From IMG/VR virus record IMGVR_UViG_3300031659_000001: a DNA stretch of 64,000 nt; one strand, 5' to 3'. The notes under the pieces were generated by a model, which was given only the letters and a program-made list of their open reading frames with translations, did not search any database and was not told the DNA's origin. Positions 48,701-58,585 of the stretch are shown here, one piece after another. The DNA is from an uncultured virus (IMG/VR IMGVR_UViG_3300031659_000001). Lineage: Duplodnaviria; Heunggongvirae; Uroviricota; Caudoviricetes. The first letter of the stretch is position 1; the number at the start of each line of letters is the position of its first letter. The position numbers were made by a program, and so were the translations under genes.

Positions 48701-49299
48701 TGGACACGAACGGTGAGGAAAACCCAATTCAAGAGATTTTGACACATGCACGCTCACACTTGACAAGTGGTGACGAAGCACTGACACCAGCCGAACTCAA
48801 GGCATCAGTCGCAGGTTTGACAGATAGTATGCTCGACCAATTTGGTGGGGAATACGGCTTAGAGCGAACCGATGACGGTAAGTGGACTGTCAATGAAGCC
48901 ATTGACGATGACATGAGAGAGAAGGCCATGAGTTCACCAATAGGCCGCATAAGCGGTAGTGTTCAAGGTGGCGGCTGGAACGGTGCGCTGGATATGCTCT
49001 CTTCCCCAAGAGGCCCAACCGAGGTCATTGACGAAGAGGCAACACCGTTCTTCGACCCTGCAAAGGGTGATGCTCAAGAAAAAGTCGAAGGTGTAGCACA
49101 TATCAAGATCCAAACCAAAGACGGCATGGGCGAAGAATTGGAGGGTGAGTTAGAGGTCGAAGGCAACACTGCGACCTTACGCTTGCCTCAAAAAACTAAG
49201 CAAGAGCAAAAGGATGAAAGCGAAATAAAGGTGCCTATCGACGATACACCGGACATAGAAACACCACCTATGGAACCACCACTTCCCCCTAACGCTTAA
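45796..49299 (+). CDS. Large protein containing an ATP-dependent ligase-like nucleotidyltransferase domain
   Basis: WVVQKKPEGKR (KxDGxR-like), TFDGVL, AIDLL, RLSIL, KWV. Confidence 0.6.
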   Translation: MDRQEFLRIRTDTLLSLVQNEEVDTDLYLKSFSDFYGDETLIEKEDQAILGMLPMTAPPQYHMENMDNPSPITTLNLPTGYEDYVAGQRRYSKTYAQDWPMANEKNRFGKRHPLSYDLPTMPLLHGAEWGEPAFVDHLLHMIEEDEEGQSVIKSMKDAGRMGVIPKEYGEVVGSPSESQHQLYMNDRTKRFSYKDDDEYIAAKKEQWAGSNSRLGLLSYLYGLEWQSGDEREQFMNTLKKLGETEGPTDPNARKVMNDFTATSGISWDRAKRNWFERLIPLARWWERPSDRHGPVSAEDTPSGLQHMKSPWVGNEEGIEPSANHHWWSPYQHWGGVGRDSQSLQTMMRDSYPAAMKGWVGDEMLGFLADRQHPLNDSEDAYHSSGSSFFPQTANHPMMAGHPHRSAVSTGWAAGSDHPYVRSFPRRRSLWSSVSNSAHLHPSEIEGGGKRMIIPSYAFATNPNGLGRIIASHTDQGQPRIGPTRERHPGDEQFHEFHNDHYEKSDAHIGQTMQKMATQLMGEHGPALLHGTDPKDVVGNTLARGNLQQVAKAANMQLMRGGGGEKMKTFAPMVAGNGLTSKEVPVGPINPDSSATTPPVYLTGDMDAWGHKMPATLAFNWDRESNAVRFDVKDKPFETLQRTAHEGHVGMVHPTHADYQIKPKTNAIPALEVTDEMGAPPILNGDIFKADDYEATGIFEQVLIPAHTVYDFSSLDDLKGFTGDWVVQKKPEGKRLFIQKKGGHIKASNGKGKDVSLPLRVKEGIRKQEGNCTFDGVLKDDHFRAIDLLVHKGDDIHMEKLEDRLSILRTLYETDEGVSFPMPADCKFSDREGLRSNMDALGGDLWLRDSTSTFMKGREVHHKWVNYAPNGDGVKKMYGPFPSVSIRNEKMLLEYPGHPAPLVVKGEWDGEGFDYHGFETHSPLSIHADKQISVWGPVGVHLLKYEMSELSPYPPYIPTLSTTLFKASLLDTNGEENPIQEILTHARSHLTSGDEALTPAELKASVAGLTDSMLDQFGGEYGLERTDDGKWTVNEAIDDDMREKAMSSPIGRISGSVQGGGWNGALDMLSSPRGPTEVIDEEATPFFDPAKGDAQEKVEGVAHIKIQTKDGMGEELEGELEVEGNTATLRLPQKTKQEQKDESEIKVPIDDTPDIETPPMEPPLPPNA

Positions 49300-49326
49300 G
49301 TAGGATTGTATGAAATTGGTTAGTTA

Positions 49327-50643
49327 ATGGCATCCTCAACCACTTGGACAGCGACCGGAGCAGACTTCATTTTGAAGTCGGGCGACGGTAACGACCTTGT
49401 TATTGCTGGCTATGCTTCTGTCGATATGGTAGACAAGCAGGGAGACAGAATCCCAGTGTCGGCTCTAAAGAAGGCATTCAATGGTTTTATGGCTGACCCA
49501 GCCTACCGTAATGTGCAATTAGCACACAGTGGTATTCAAGTGGGTGAAGTTCTTTCTAATTACACTGACAGTGATGGCCGAGTATGGAAATCTACTGTTG
49601 ATGATCACGGCCTGTTTGTCGTTTGTAAAATACGCAACGACATCGAGAAAGCCCGTGAAGTCCAAAAGCAAGTTCGCAGTGGCGAACTTCGTGCATTTTC
49701 CATCGGGGGCCAAGCCTTGTTCCGTGTCTCTAAGACAACACCGGAGCATGGCACCCACCGTGAAATCACGGACATGGAATTGCACGAAATAACACTGTGT
49801 AAGAAAGGCATAAACCCCGAAAGCACCTACACCCTACTGAAAATGGAAGATGAGAATATGAGCGAAAATGCAGAAACCCTAACCGAAATCCGTGACGCAT
49901 TGTCACGCATCAACAAACAGATTGAACAACCGACCTACGATGAGCCAGCCGTCGCTGACGCTTCTTTAGAGAAAGAAGAAGAAGCCGCAGTAGCATACAT
50001 TGATTCGCTCGAAAAGTTCGCTCATACTCAAGGCGTCGATCTAGATGGCCTACGAGGACACTTTGGACTCGGTAAGGCTTACATGGTAGGCGTTGATGGT
50101 GAACATGGATATGGACATCGTGGACAAGGCGACCTTTACGGAAGTGGCGAAGACGCTACTTTAGCAAGCGCACCTAAATTACCTAACGCTGTTTCAAACA
50201 AATATGTCATTAAGCAAAATGGAGTGCCAAACATGCAGATGAACGCACCTTCACGAAGCAAAAATGTCATCAAGGGCGGCCTTGACCTATCCCCTAACTC
50301 TCTTGAGAGAGGATATGGCGCATACTCCGCAATCCGTGATGAAGAAGCAGTAAAGGCTCTTGTTGAGAAAGAATGGCATAACCGCTATGAATCCGAAACA
50401 GAATCAGCACTTCACATGCAAAAGGCGACTGACTACTCTTCTCAAATTGAGATGCTAAAGTCCGAAATCGCAAACTTGCGTAATGAAACTTCAACCATAG
50501 CGAAATCCGCAGTGCCAGTTCCGGCACAATCGGACATTCGTGTTCCTACCCACGACGAGTTCGTGGCTCTTGGTGATGGATTAGACGGATGGCGTGCCCT
50601 TGAAGAACTTGGACAGCGTGCCCTCCACGGAGCAAACTTTTGA
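49327..50643 (+). CDS. Prohead protease (HK97/herpes-fold) with C-terminal scaffold-like region
   Basis: IAGYASVDMVDKQGD, LAH, FSIGG, EITLCKKGINP; directly upstream of capsid gene. Confidence 0.9.
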   Translation: MASSTTWTATGADFILKSGDGNDLVIAGYASVDMVDKQGDRIPVSALKKAFNGFMADPAYRNVQLAHSGIQVGEVLSNYTDSDGRVWKSTVDDHGLFVVCKIRNDIEKAREVQKQVRSGELRAFSIGGQALFRVSKTTPEHGTHREITDMELHEITLCKKGINPESTYTLLKMEDENMSENAETLTEIRDALSRINKQIEQPTYDEPAVADASLEKEEEAAVAYIDSLEKFAHTQGVDLDGLRGHFGLGKAYMVGVDGEHGYGHRGQGDLYGSGEDATLASAPKLPNAVSNKYVIKQNGVPNMQMNAPSRSKNVIKGGLDLSPNSLERGYGAYSAIRDEEAVKALVEKEWHNRYESETESALHMQKATDYSSQIEMLKSEIANLRNETSTIAKSAVPVPAQSDIRVPTHDEFVALGDGLDGWRALEELGQRALHGANF

Positions 50644-50657
50644 AAGGAGATGATTAG

Positions 50658-51824
50658 ATGAGTGGATCAACAGGATATATACGAACGATTGAAGACATGG
50701 AACGCCTCTATTACGGAGCCGGAACAGGACAGAACGCATGGGCATACGCCGGAACTGATTTATTGAAATCGGATTCTCCGCTAATGTCCTCGACAAGTGG
50801 AACTTACCAAGCGATCTTCGGTCGCAAAGTTTGGTCGCAATTGAACCAAGAGTTCAACGCATTCTCTATACTACCTAAGAAGCCTTGGGAAAAGAGTGGA
50901 TGGAGAGTAACCACAGCAAAGCCGGACATTACGAAAGGCGGCGGTGTTGGTGAAAATGCAACCCTACCGGAAACTACCAAGCCAACCTTTGAGCATGTAT
51001 CAACCAAGCCAAAGACTGTTGCACATTCCTTCGACCTCTCCGAAACTGCCATGTTCTTGGCAGACAAGGATGATGGACTGGGCGATGCACGGGCTGTTAT
51101 CAAAATGGAAATGGCAAAGCACCACACAGAACATATCAATAAAATGCTTCTTGCTGACATTGATACTCCTGCTGGAAACGACTTCGAGTCTCTTGACCGA
51201 ATCACTTCTTCGTCTTTCGTTGAAACTGCTAACTTTAGTGATGTGAGCGCAATTACAGATCACAACATCTACAACCTTACCCGTAATGGTGCAGGTGCAG
51301 GTTCTCAACAATGGTATGACGCTCAAGTCGATGCTGGTGCAAACAACGGAACTGACCGTGCGCTTACACTCAACATTCTTGACGGAATGTTCCGCAGTGT
51401 TTGGGAAGCAGGTGGCCAGCCAAAGGTTATCCTTACTGGTTACGATACTCTTGAAACTATCCAACAATTACTACAACCTCAACAAAGATTCGTTGAGATG
51501 AAGCGTGTTGTTCCGGGAGTCAATGGAGTCAAAGGTGTTCCGGGTATTCAAGGTGGATTTATGGTAGCAACCTACAACGGTGTGCCAATCATTCCTTCTA
51601 AGGATGTTCACAAGGGCACTGGTGGTTCATCCCGCCTTTACTTCTTGGACACAGACTACCTTTGGTTCACTACTGCAAAACCTACTCTTTACCACGAAAG
51701 CGGAATTGAAACCGGAGATCCTTTCGGTATCAACCGTCTTGGACAAATGGGAATGTTCCACACAATGGGCGAACTCATGGCTACCTTCTTCAAAGCAAGC
51801 GGCAAAGTGCGTGACTTGTCTTGA
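50658..51824 (+). CDS. Major capsid protein (HK97 fold)
   Basis: 388 aa after protease; LPKKPW..SGWRV, GGVGENATLP, YNGVPIIPSKD. Confidence 0.9.
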   Translation: MSGSTGYIRTIEDMERLYYGAGTGQNAWAYAGTDLLKSDSPLMSSTSGTYQAIFGRKVWSQLNQEFNAFSILPKKPWEKSGWRVTTAKPDITKGGGVGENATLPETTKPTFEHVSTKPKTVAHSFDLSETAMFLADKDDGLGDARAVIKMEMAKHHTEHINKMLLADIDTPAGNDFESLDRITSSSFVETANFSDVSAITDHNIYNLTRNGAGAGSQQWYDAQVDAGANNGTDRALTLNILDGMFRSVWEAGGQPKVILTGYDTLETIQQLLQPQQRFVEMKRVVPGVNGVKGVPGIQGGFMVATYNGVPIIPSKDVHKGTGGSSRLYFLDTDYLWFTTAKPTLYHESGIETGDPFGINRLGQMGMFHTMGELMATFFKASGKVRDLS

Positions 51825-51852
51825 TTATGAACAAAATATGGAGATGATTTGA

Positions 51853-52245
51853 ATGGCAAATACTAATGTAAAAGGAACACCGACCGCAATACTTGACACC
51901 CGCCTTTGGGCTGGTAGTCCAGCAGACAGCACAGCATGGCTTCAATCCCCTATCGGCTCAAACGCCGCAGTGGGAACAATGAGCATGGCTGTTATCGAAC
52001 TCGTTGCTGATGATGGCGATGCCGCCACTGTCTATGACTTGGCTCTCGCCGCCAACCCAGTGAGTGGAACTGAATTGCTTGCAGTTATGAGCATTATTTC
52101 AAGTGCAGAAGAGGACGGAACGGCAGGAGCCGCTTCGGCAATCCCTGTGGCTGGAAACATCTCAAACACTACACAGATCAAGTTCACCGGCGCAGGAACC
52201 AATGCAAAGGACACCACTTATCGCATCGCCTTCCTTTACCGTTGA
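51853..52245 (+). CDS. Putative capsid decoration or structural protein
   Basis: Follows capsid gene; A/T/G-rich, beta-strand-like. Confidence 0.55.
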   Translation: MANTNVKGTPTAILDTRLWAGSPADSTAWLQSPIGSNAAVGTMSMAVIELVADDGDAATVYDLALAANPVSGTELLAVMSIISSAEEDGTAGAASAIPVAGNISNTTQIKFTGAGTNAKDTTYRIAFLYR

Positions 52246-52262
52246 AGGTGGAGGGATTAAGT

Positions 52263-52643
52263 ATGGCTACTCTCAAATATATTGGCGACCGCCCATATGT
52301 CGAGTTCTCTACTGGCAATACCACATTCGGATTTGCGAGAGGCACAGAACGGACAGATGTTCCAATCGAACTTCTTGAGCAATTCAAAGGCGATAACTAC
52401 CCACAGTGGAAAGTTATTGATCTGGCGAAAGAAGAAGCGGTTGTTGTAAAAACCGAGAAGATGATTGAAGCCATTGAAGCGGTTGAAGAAGTCACCACAG
52501 AAGTGGAGGCTTTCGACAATTCGTGGACAAGGGCTGGGATGGTTGAATGGATGAAGGCAAGAGGACAAAGTGTTTCTAAGGCTGACACCAAAGCAATTCT
52601 CGCTCAAAGAGCCGATGCACTCACCTCTAAAGGTGATGAGTAA
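52263..52643 (+). CDS. Hypothetical protein with C-terminal HeH/SAP-like motif
   Basis: WTRAGMVEWMKARGQSVSKADTKAIL. Confidence 0.6.
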   Translation: MATLKYIGDRPYVEFSTGNTTFGFARGTERTDVPIELLEQFKGDNYPQWKVIDLAKEEAVVVKTEKMIEAIEAVEEVTTEVEAFDNSWTRAGMVEWMKARGQSVSKADTKAILAQRADALTSKGDE

Positions 52644-53203
52644 TGGCATTAAGCGGCTTAAGCATATATGACGGCGAAGCCCGTTATGCTGGTCGCACCC
52701 GTGTTAATCGCATTGTCTATGAGTTCTTACAAGCGGATCTTGCAGGACAAACTGTTGTAAGTGCCGACATTCCTATGAACGGAGAAGCACATACCATTTT
52801 TTTAGACAATACAAGTAGTAAATTGGGAACAAACACCAATACTCAAGTAGTTCAAGGAAAGTTCGATATTGGGATGGCTGATGTCACACAGACAGGTGCG
52901 ACGACAGTCCTACCTTATATCACCCAAATCCGAAACATCGACTATACAACCGCCGCACCAGCACCCTATGTTTTTCAAACATCCGAAGGTGGTGCAACCG
53001 GAGAAATTATTCTCGCAAGTTCTGTCGGTGTCAATGGACACAGTGGTAGCCCTACCGCACCTAATGTTGGAGGCGGAGCCGCTATGGCTACCGTTGTCCC
53101 TTGGACTGGCCGTGTTTGCGGCACAGTTCGTTTCACACTCACCACGACCTCCGCTTGGGCGGCTGATACCGGAACAATTCGGTTGGTTGTGGTGTATTCG
53201 TAG
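52643..53203 (+). CDS. Putative structural protein
   Basis: Head-tail region; beta-rich composition. Confidence 0.6.
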   Translation: MALSGLSIYDGEARYAGRTRVNRIVYEFLQADLAGQTVVSADIPMNGEAHTIFLDNTSSKLGTNTNTQVVQGKFDIGMADVTQTGATTVLPYITQIRNIDYTTAAPAPYVFQTSEGGATGEIILASSVGVNGHSGSPTAPNVGGGAAMATVVPWTGRVCGTVRFTLTTTSAWAADTGTIRLVVVYS

Positions 53204-53237
53204 GCAATCCTTTTAATGAGTAACCTACCCCCAAGGA

Positions 53238-53618
53238 ATGAGCATCATGGCAATAGTAGCGACAAAAGACGGAAGAAATAATGTAAGCGGATCTAAAATA
53301 ACAGCATATTTGAGTCTTGCTTTTACGGGAACATACTCCGCAGGTGGAGAACCATTGGACGCTGGTGCGGCGGCTGGCATAGGCCAAGTCGATGAAGTTA
53401 AAATCCTTTCAAACGGCCAAATGCTTGGTTATGTCTATGAATATGATTATACTAACAAGATAGTGACCGTATTTGGAACATCAACCCAAGCAAGTGGGGC
53501 GGAAGTGCTTGAAGGTGCGGCGGCTACTGCTGGCGGAAAACTACTTATCGAGGTTGCTAACGGAACCAATTTACAGGGTATCACAGCCCTCAAAGTTCAA
53601 GTGACCGGCGGTCGGTGA
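53238..53618 (+). CDS. Putative structural (decoration-like) protein
   Basis: YSAGGE...YVYEYDYTN...EVANGTNL; start may be 53247. Confidence 0.6.
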   Translation: MSIMAIVATKDGRNNVSGSKITAYLSLAFTGTYSAGGEPLDAGAAAGIGQVDEVKILSNGQMLGYVYEYDYTNKIVTVFGTSTQASGAEVLEGAAATAGGKLLIEVANGTNLQGITALKVQVTGGR

Positions 53619-53641
53619 AGTCGCCTTTTGAGGTGATTCTC

Positions 53642-53974
53642 ATGCCAAGAATGGAAATCGAAGACATTGATCTCGGAGAGGTCATGGACATTGAGCGAAG
53701 ACGCCAAGTCCGAATGGCCGAAATTAAACATGCTAATCGTTCGTCAGTGACGCAAGACGATAGCCCATTCTCCGAAGAAAATATGCGCCACGCTACTAAA
53801 AAACGGATTGCTTTGCGAAAAAGTGACCGACATGATATTCAAAACATAGGGTCGGGAACCCGATGTTTGTCGTGCGGTTGTTTGCACTTTTGCTGGGTGC
53901 CTAAATGTGGTGCTTGCGGAAACGCTATGACATTCAACCTCGGCGGTCATTCTATGGGCCGGAGGGTAGTTTAG
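53642..53974 (+). CDS. Zn-ribbon protein
   Basis: CLSCGCLHFCWVPKCGAC; GAGGTGA RBS. Confidence 0.7.
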   Translation: MPRMEIEDIDLGEVMDIERRRQVRMAEIKHANRSSVTQDDSPFSEENMRHATKKRIALRKSDRHDIQNIGSGTRCLSCGCLHFCWVPKCGACGNAMTFNLGGHSMGRRVV

Positions 53975-53975
53975 A

Positions 53976-55592
53976 ATGCCCCGTGCTTTTTCACCCGGAC
54001 ATCGCCCCGATGCACCCCTTTACCCCGAAGATTTAGTCTATACCACCGTAGAAAAGGTTGCTGACTATCTTCAATTACCACTACCCGATCCAGTGTCACT
54101 CGCTGGAAACAGCAGTATTGTTGGAAACGACATCAAGTTCCCTATTACTGGGGCTGACTATCGAAGGTGGGGCTATGCCGCCACCGAAAGTATTCTTGTT
54201 TATGACAATGCCAATGCTATGGGCATAACATACACCATTACTGCCATAGAGTCTGTTGGTTCAGCCGGACAAATCTTTTTGGTTGCCGCAAAGGTAGGTA
54301 GTGAGTCATTCACCACAGCCAACAGTGCGTCTGTTCAACATCAGTCGGCTATCACCAACAGCAACGAGCGTGGTGTAAAGAAAAGCCATGTGGAAACTCT
54401 TATTCGCCAGCGTCAAGACTACATCGACAAAGTATGTCGTCATGCTTGGCGACCACGCCTTGTAGGTGAAGAATACCTCAATTTCACCACATTCAAACCA
54501 TTCCGTCGCCGTTATTATACGGATTATGTCGGTGCTGTATTCTTGAAGAGAGGTGCGGTTCAACGCATTCTCAAACTGGGAGCATGGCAAGGTGACTACT
54601 ACCGTGAGATGGCTGGTGCGAGGGTTTCCCTAAGAGTCGCAGACTTTGGTGCCCTATCCGGCAAATCTATACTTCTTTGCCCCGGTGCAAACGGTGTGGC
54701 TGTATTGGCCGAGGGAGATGACTCACAGACTAAGTGGAGAGCCGACTTTGATCATAAATCAACCGCCGAAAACATCGGTGCGCTCGTCAATAAGGATCCA
54801 GCATTCAGTAAAGGTGCGCTTGCTATTGGTTCACTGACGGTAGAATCCGCCGATTCATCCAATACATCACTCAAGGTGCATGAAGAGTTCTTGGCTCTCG
54901 CCAACAGCGACACTGGTGATGGTGTAGTGGAAATCAGTTCAATGCGTAGCACAGAAGGCGGTCAAAACGCTACAATCGCTGTCGAGCATGATACCGCCGT
55001 GACATTCCAAACAAGCCTCTCCGACACCGTTTCAAGCACTGTCACCGCAAAAACAGGCTCACCCGTCACATCGTTTGTGCTAAGTAATGGAACAACATTC
55101 GTCGAAGGGCACTCGTTGGTGTATATCACCAGTGGAACAACGAACCGAATAGCACTATGCACTCGAAATGTCAATACATTCACCGTTGTTTCCGACCAAT
55201 TAAACGACTTTGACGGTCAATTAAATGTTGGCGATACAGTCAAGCAGATCCGCTTCAAGTGCGATATTGCCGACGAAGAACGCCAAAAGTCATGGTGGAG
55301 TATTGAGGAAAATGGAATGATTCTGTTTAACAACGAATACCCATTCTTTGAGAACCATTCTATCCGTTGTTCTTACATTTACGGAGAACGCTATGTTGAG
55401 GGTTCAATCCATGAGGCTTGCACCAAACTGGTTGTTATGGATATTCTCATGTCCGATGACTATTCTGTTATGTTCCCCGAAGGTTCGCAAAACATAGACC
55501 TAAGCACCAAGCATCAAAAATTAGACGCCGAAGTAGCCAAATTACTGGTGCCGTTCCAAGAAACAATTATTGTCGCATCAATGGGTGGTTAA
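53976..55592 (+). CDS. Putative head-tail adaptor with inserted beta domains
   Basis: YTTVEKVADYL...YIDKVC..AW N-part and YIYGE...IHEACTKLV C-part; gene position. Confidence 0.6.
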   Translation: MPRAFSPGHRPDAPLYPEDLVYTTVEKVADYLQLPLPDPVSLAGNSSIVGNDIKFPITGADYRRWGYAATESILVYDNANAMGITYTITAIESVGSAGQIFLVAAKVGSESFTTANSASVQHQSAITNSNERGVKKSHVETLIRQRQDYIDKVCRHAWRPRLVGEEYLNFTTFKPFRRRYYTDYVGAVFLKRGAVQRILKLGAWQGDYYREMAGARVSLRVADFGALSGKSILLCPGANGVAVLAEGDDSQTKWRADFDHKSTAENIGALVNKDPAFSKGALAIGSLTVESADSSNTSLKVHEEFLALANSDTGDGVVEISSMRSTEGGQNATIAVEHDTAVTFQTSLSDTVSSTVTAKTGSPVTSFVLSNGTTFVEGHSLVYITSGTTNRIALCTRNVNTFTVVSDQLNDFDGQLNVGDTVKQIRFKCDIADEERQKSWWSIEENGMILFNNEYPFFENHSIRCSYIYGERYVEGSIHEACTKLVVMDILMSDDYSVMFPEGSQNIDLSTKHQKLDAEVAKLLVPFQETIIVASMGG

Positions 55593-55593
55593 T

Positions 55594-55866
55594 ATGGAAA
55601 CATTGGTCGATTATTTCACAGAAATGCAAGAAGCGAACAGGGAATTGCTGGCCGCACTCAAGGCGCAAAATGCGGCTGAACCAGCCCATTTGGAACGGTT
55701 AAGGATATTTGAAAAGAATACCGACGCCGATGATGCAGAAACACTCGGAGAGGAAAAAGACGATGAAGAAGTCGAGGCTGTGATGGAGAAGCATAAAAGC
55801 GCAAGCCCCTTCGCCTTAGATGTAGCGGCGGCACATGCAAAGTTATTGGGGGTGGCAAACAAATGA
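55594..55866 (+). CDS. Small acidic hypothetical protein
   Basis: ORF between adaptor and next gene. Confidence 0.6.
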   Translation: METLVDYFTEMQEANRELLAALKAQNAAEPAHLERLRIFEKNTDADDAETLGEEKDDEEVEAVMEKHKSASPFALDVAAAHAKLLGVANK

Positions 55867-56294
55867 CAGATGCAATAGCCGCTATACAGACAATCATTGA
55901 AAGTAATTGGACTGTTTCGCCTAAACCCTCCATTTTAGACATCGCTACGCTGGATTCCGGCGAAGGAAAACGCACTCGCTTACAGGATCATGACATCATC
56001 CGTATTTTTGAAACAGCGCATAATGAAGCACAGCCGGAACTCCTTTTCGACTTTGTAAATGAACACATAAATCTCACCATTGACATACGCACCGTGAAAG
56101 GTAGGAGTCGCTTAAGCGAACTCCGAAATGAAGTCCGGCGCATACTACATTTGGTGAGAAAGGGTGATAATACCACATTTGATAGGGTAATCTTCAAAAC
56201 CCGAACGGACTTGTCCGACCGGAGTAAGAGGCTGTTTCGCTACACAATGCAAGCCGAATGTGTGATTTTCGCCCAACCACTACCAACACTATGA
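55863..56294 (+). CDS. Putative tail terminator/completion protein
   Basis: 143 aa directly before tail tube gene. Confidence 0.5.
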   Translation: MTDAIAAIQTIIESNWTVSPKPSILDIATLDSGEGKRTRLQDHDIIRIFETAHNEAQPELLFDFVNEHINLTIDIRTVKGRSRLSELRNEVRRILHLVRKGDNTTFDRVIFKTRTDLSDRSKRLFRYTMQAECVIFAQPLPTL

Positions 56295-56305
56295 GATGAT
56301 GAAAA

Positions 56306-58549
56306 ATGGCTGTAAATCAAGTATTCAAAGGCGACCTAATTGAAGTATCAATGGGTAAAGAAACCGGATTATACGGTAAAGGAACAAATGTCACATCGGG
56401 AACAGGCAACACTGCTGGGTGGAACACCGCAAACGGCTCACAGGACAATACCACAACAATCAGTGTCGGTGCAGGAATGTATTGGGTGGACACTACGCCT
56501 CAAATGCTAATCCCCGACGGAATGCTCGTTGGTGCTATACTCCGTATCTATTCAACAGGGAGCAACATTCGCTATTCAGCCGATCACTATCCATCAACCA
56601 AGCGCACATACTACATCACCAAAAACACAGGTAATACAATCACTATCACCCCTCGTTTGGCGACCGTTGGTGCAATAATAGGCCATACTGACGACTATTT
56701 CCTAATCGACGCAAACCGTGTTCCTACTATGGATGCGGCTATGGGTGAGGACGATCAGCGCATTCTATCCGACCAATTCATTGGTCTTCTCAATTCATTT
56801 TCAGTCCCCGAACCGGACATTGAAGTGAAAAAGCAACACATCATTGGTATGGGTCGTGATGTGAACATTATGACATCCGGCAAGGAAACACTGGCTGGCG
56901 GCTCTTTCGATTTGAACGCACATAGCCTCCGCTACTGGAAATACGCTCTTGGTGGACACACCGCAAAGAGTATGGGTGAATACAGTCAAGTCACTGGCAC
57001 AGGAACCATTTTAACCGCACTCCCTCTCAATTTCAAAACTACAAATGTGACCGGCCAAAAATTGGGTTCACAGATTTTTGGAACCACTACAAAGGAAACC
57101 GACCTCACCGCTACAAACGGAACAGCCGTCGCTGGTTTGAGTGCAACAGTCGGGACTGATGTTTTCATCGGTGCTTTGGCTTTAGCCGATACTGGCACCG
57201 ACATTACCATTCACGCCTCCGGTAAAGACTTCGATGAGATTTTTGACAGCAGTGCCGCCGCAGGTCTATTCAAGGTTCTTGATCAAGTCACAGGTTTGCC
57301 ACTACTTGGCTACTACACAGGCGGTGCCGCCGGAACAAAGGCATTAAGCGGCGTAGCAGACATTGACGCTGGTGCCGTTTCATATGCTCAAGATGCAGAT
57401 AGCCCCATCCAATTGCTCGCTACACCTCTCGCCAATATCGTTTGCGGGGATTTGAGAGTGAGCATTGGTGCAACCAACGCCGCTAAGTTCACCATCGGTG
57501 AATATATCCAGATCTTCGATAAAGACACCGTGGCTATTCCCGGTGCCGATGTCACCGCACCAACGATTAACAAGCACGAAATCCGTCGTGTAATCGCAAT
57601 CGGAACAGCAAACGGAACCGACGCTGGTATGATTTATGTTGAAGAGGCATTCTTATTCGACCACACTCTCGCATCGTGCGGGATTGAACGCCTCCAATAT
57701 ACATGGGATGACACAAACGAGTGGGAACGAGGAAGCCCTGCGCTTCTATCCACTGGTGAATTGAAGTATGGTGTCGAACACACCTTCTTTGGCTATTCCA
57801 CACTACCTACATTCACCATCGAGCAATCATTCCGTTCATCCAATGCTACACCGGGTGCAGATCAAATGCTCCGTATATTCTCCGGTTGTAAAATGGCCGA
57901 CTTGAACTTGGCCGCCGACAGCGAGGGTGAATTGAAAATGAATGGTTCTTTCGAGTCCACACGCATGTTCAAGGACACTGGTGGCAAGTTCACCACACCA
58001 CACCGCATGTTTGAGAATACGGCAAATACCCAAATCAAGAGAAAGGTGTCCGGTATTGCCGTTAATGGTGAGAAACCTTACCTATTCCAGCACATGCAAT
58101 TCAGCGCATTCGGGGCATCAGTGCTTCGTGCTAAAGGAGTGGAGATGGGTGTTGCCAACGGAAACACCGCCCAATTTTACATTCGTGGTTCAAACAGCGA
58201 GTATCTCGATGCGGATCAAGTTCAACAATCAGCGACTCATTACGCTTCGGAAATAACCGAAGCCGCCCGTGAATATACATTCAAGTTCACAGCACTGGTT
58301 GAGGATGACCGTTGGTTTGAACAATTAAGAACCCGCAAGCACCACATTAACACTAATGATTGCACTTTGATTATGACAAAGAGTGGTTCACACGCAACCC
58401 GCCAAAAGGCAACAATCACACTCGAAGACTACACAGTCTTGAAGGCCGAACATCCAATGCCGGATGACAAAGGCCCGGTCACAGCGTCAGTGGAGTTGGC
58501 TGTCCGTCACTTGAAAGTGAGCGAAACTACTCCATACTTTGTCGTATGA
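56306..58549 (+). CDS. Putative tail tube protein with large insertions
   Basis: LPTFTIEQS...RIFSGCKM...GELKM tube-like core; followed by chaperones and tape measure. Confidence 0.65.
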   Translation: MAVNQVFKGDLIEVSMGKETGLYGKGTNVTSGTGNTAGWNTANGSQDNTTTISVGAGMYWVDTTPQMLIPDGMLVGAILRIYSTGSNIRYSADHYPSTKRTYYITKNTGNTITITPRLATVGAIIGHTDDYFLIDANRVPTMDAAMGEDDQRILSDQFIGLLNSFSVPEPDIEVKKQHIIGMGRDVNIMTSGKETLAGGSFDLNAHSLRYWKYALGGHTAKSMGEYSQVTGTGTILTALPLNFKTTNVTGQKLGSQIFGTTTKETDLTATNGTAVAGLSATVGTDVFIGALALADTGTDITIHASGKDFDEIFDSSAAAGLFKVLDQVTGLPLLGYYTGGAAGTKALSGVADIDAGAVSYAQDADSPIQLLATPLANIVCGDLRVSIGATNAAKFTIGEYIQIFDKDTVAIPGADVTAPTINKHEIRRVIAIGTANGTDAGMIYVEEAFLFDHTLASCGIERLQYTWDDTNEWERGSPALLSTGELKYGVEHTFFGYSTLPTFTIEQSFRSSNATPGADQMLRIFSGCKMADLNLAADSEGELKMNGSFESTRMFKDTGGKFTTPHRMFENTANTQIKRKVSGIAVNGEKPYLFQHMQFSAFGASVLRAKGVEMGVANGNTAQFYIRGSNSEYLDADQVQQSATHYASEITEAAREYTFKFTALVEDDRWFEQLRTRKHHINTNDCTLIMTKSGSHATRQKATITLEDYTVLKAEHPMPDDKGPVTASVELAVRHLKVSETTPYFVV

Positions 58550-58585
58550 CAAAGGTTATTAACAACAATGATAAGGGTGAGAATA

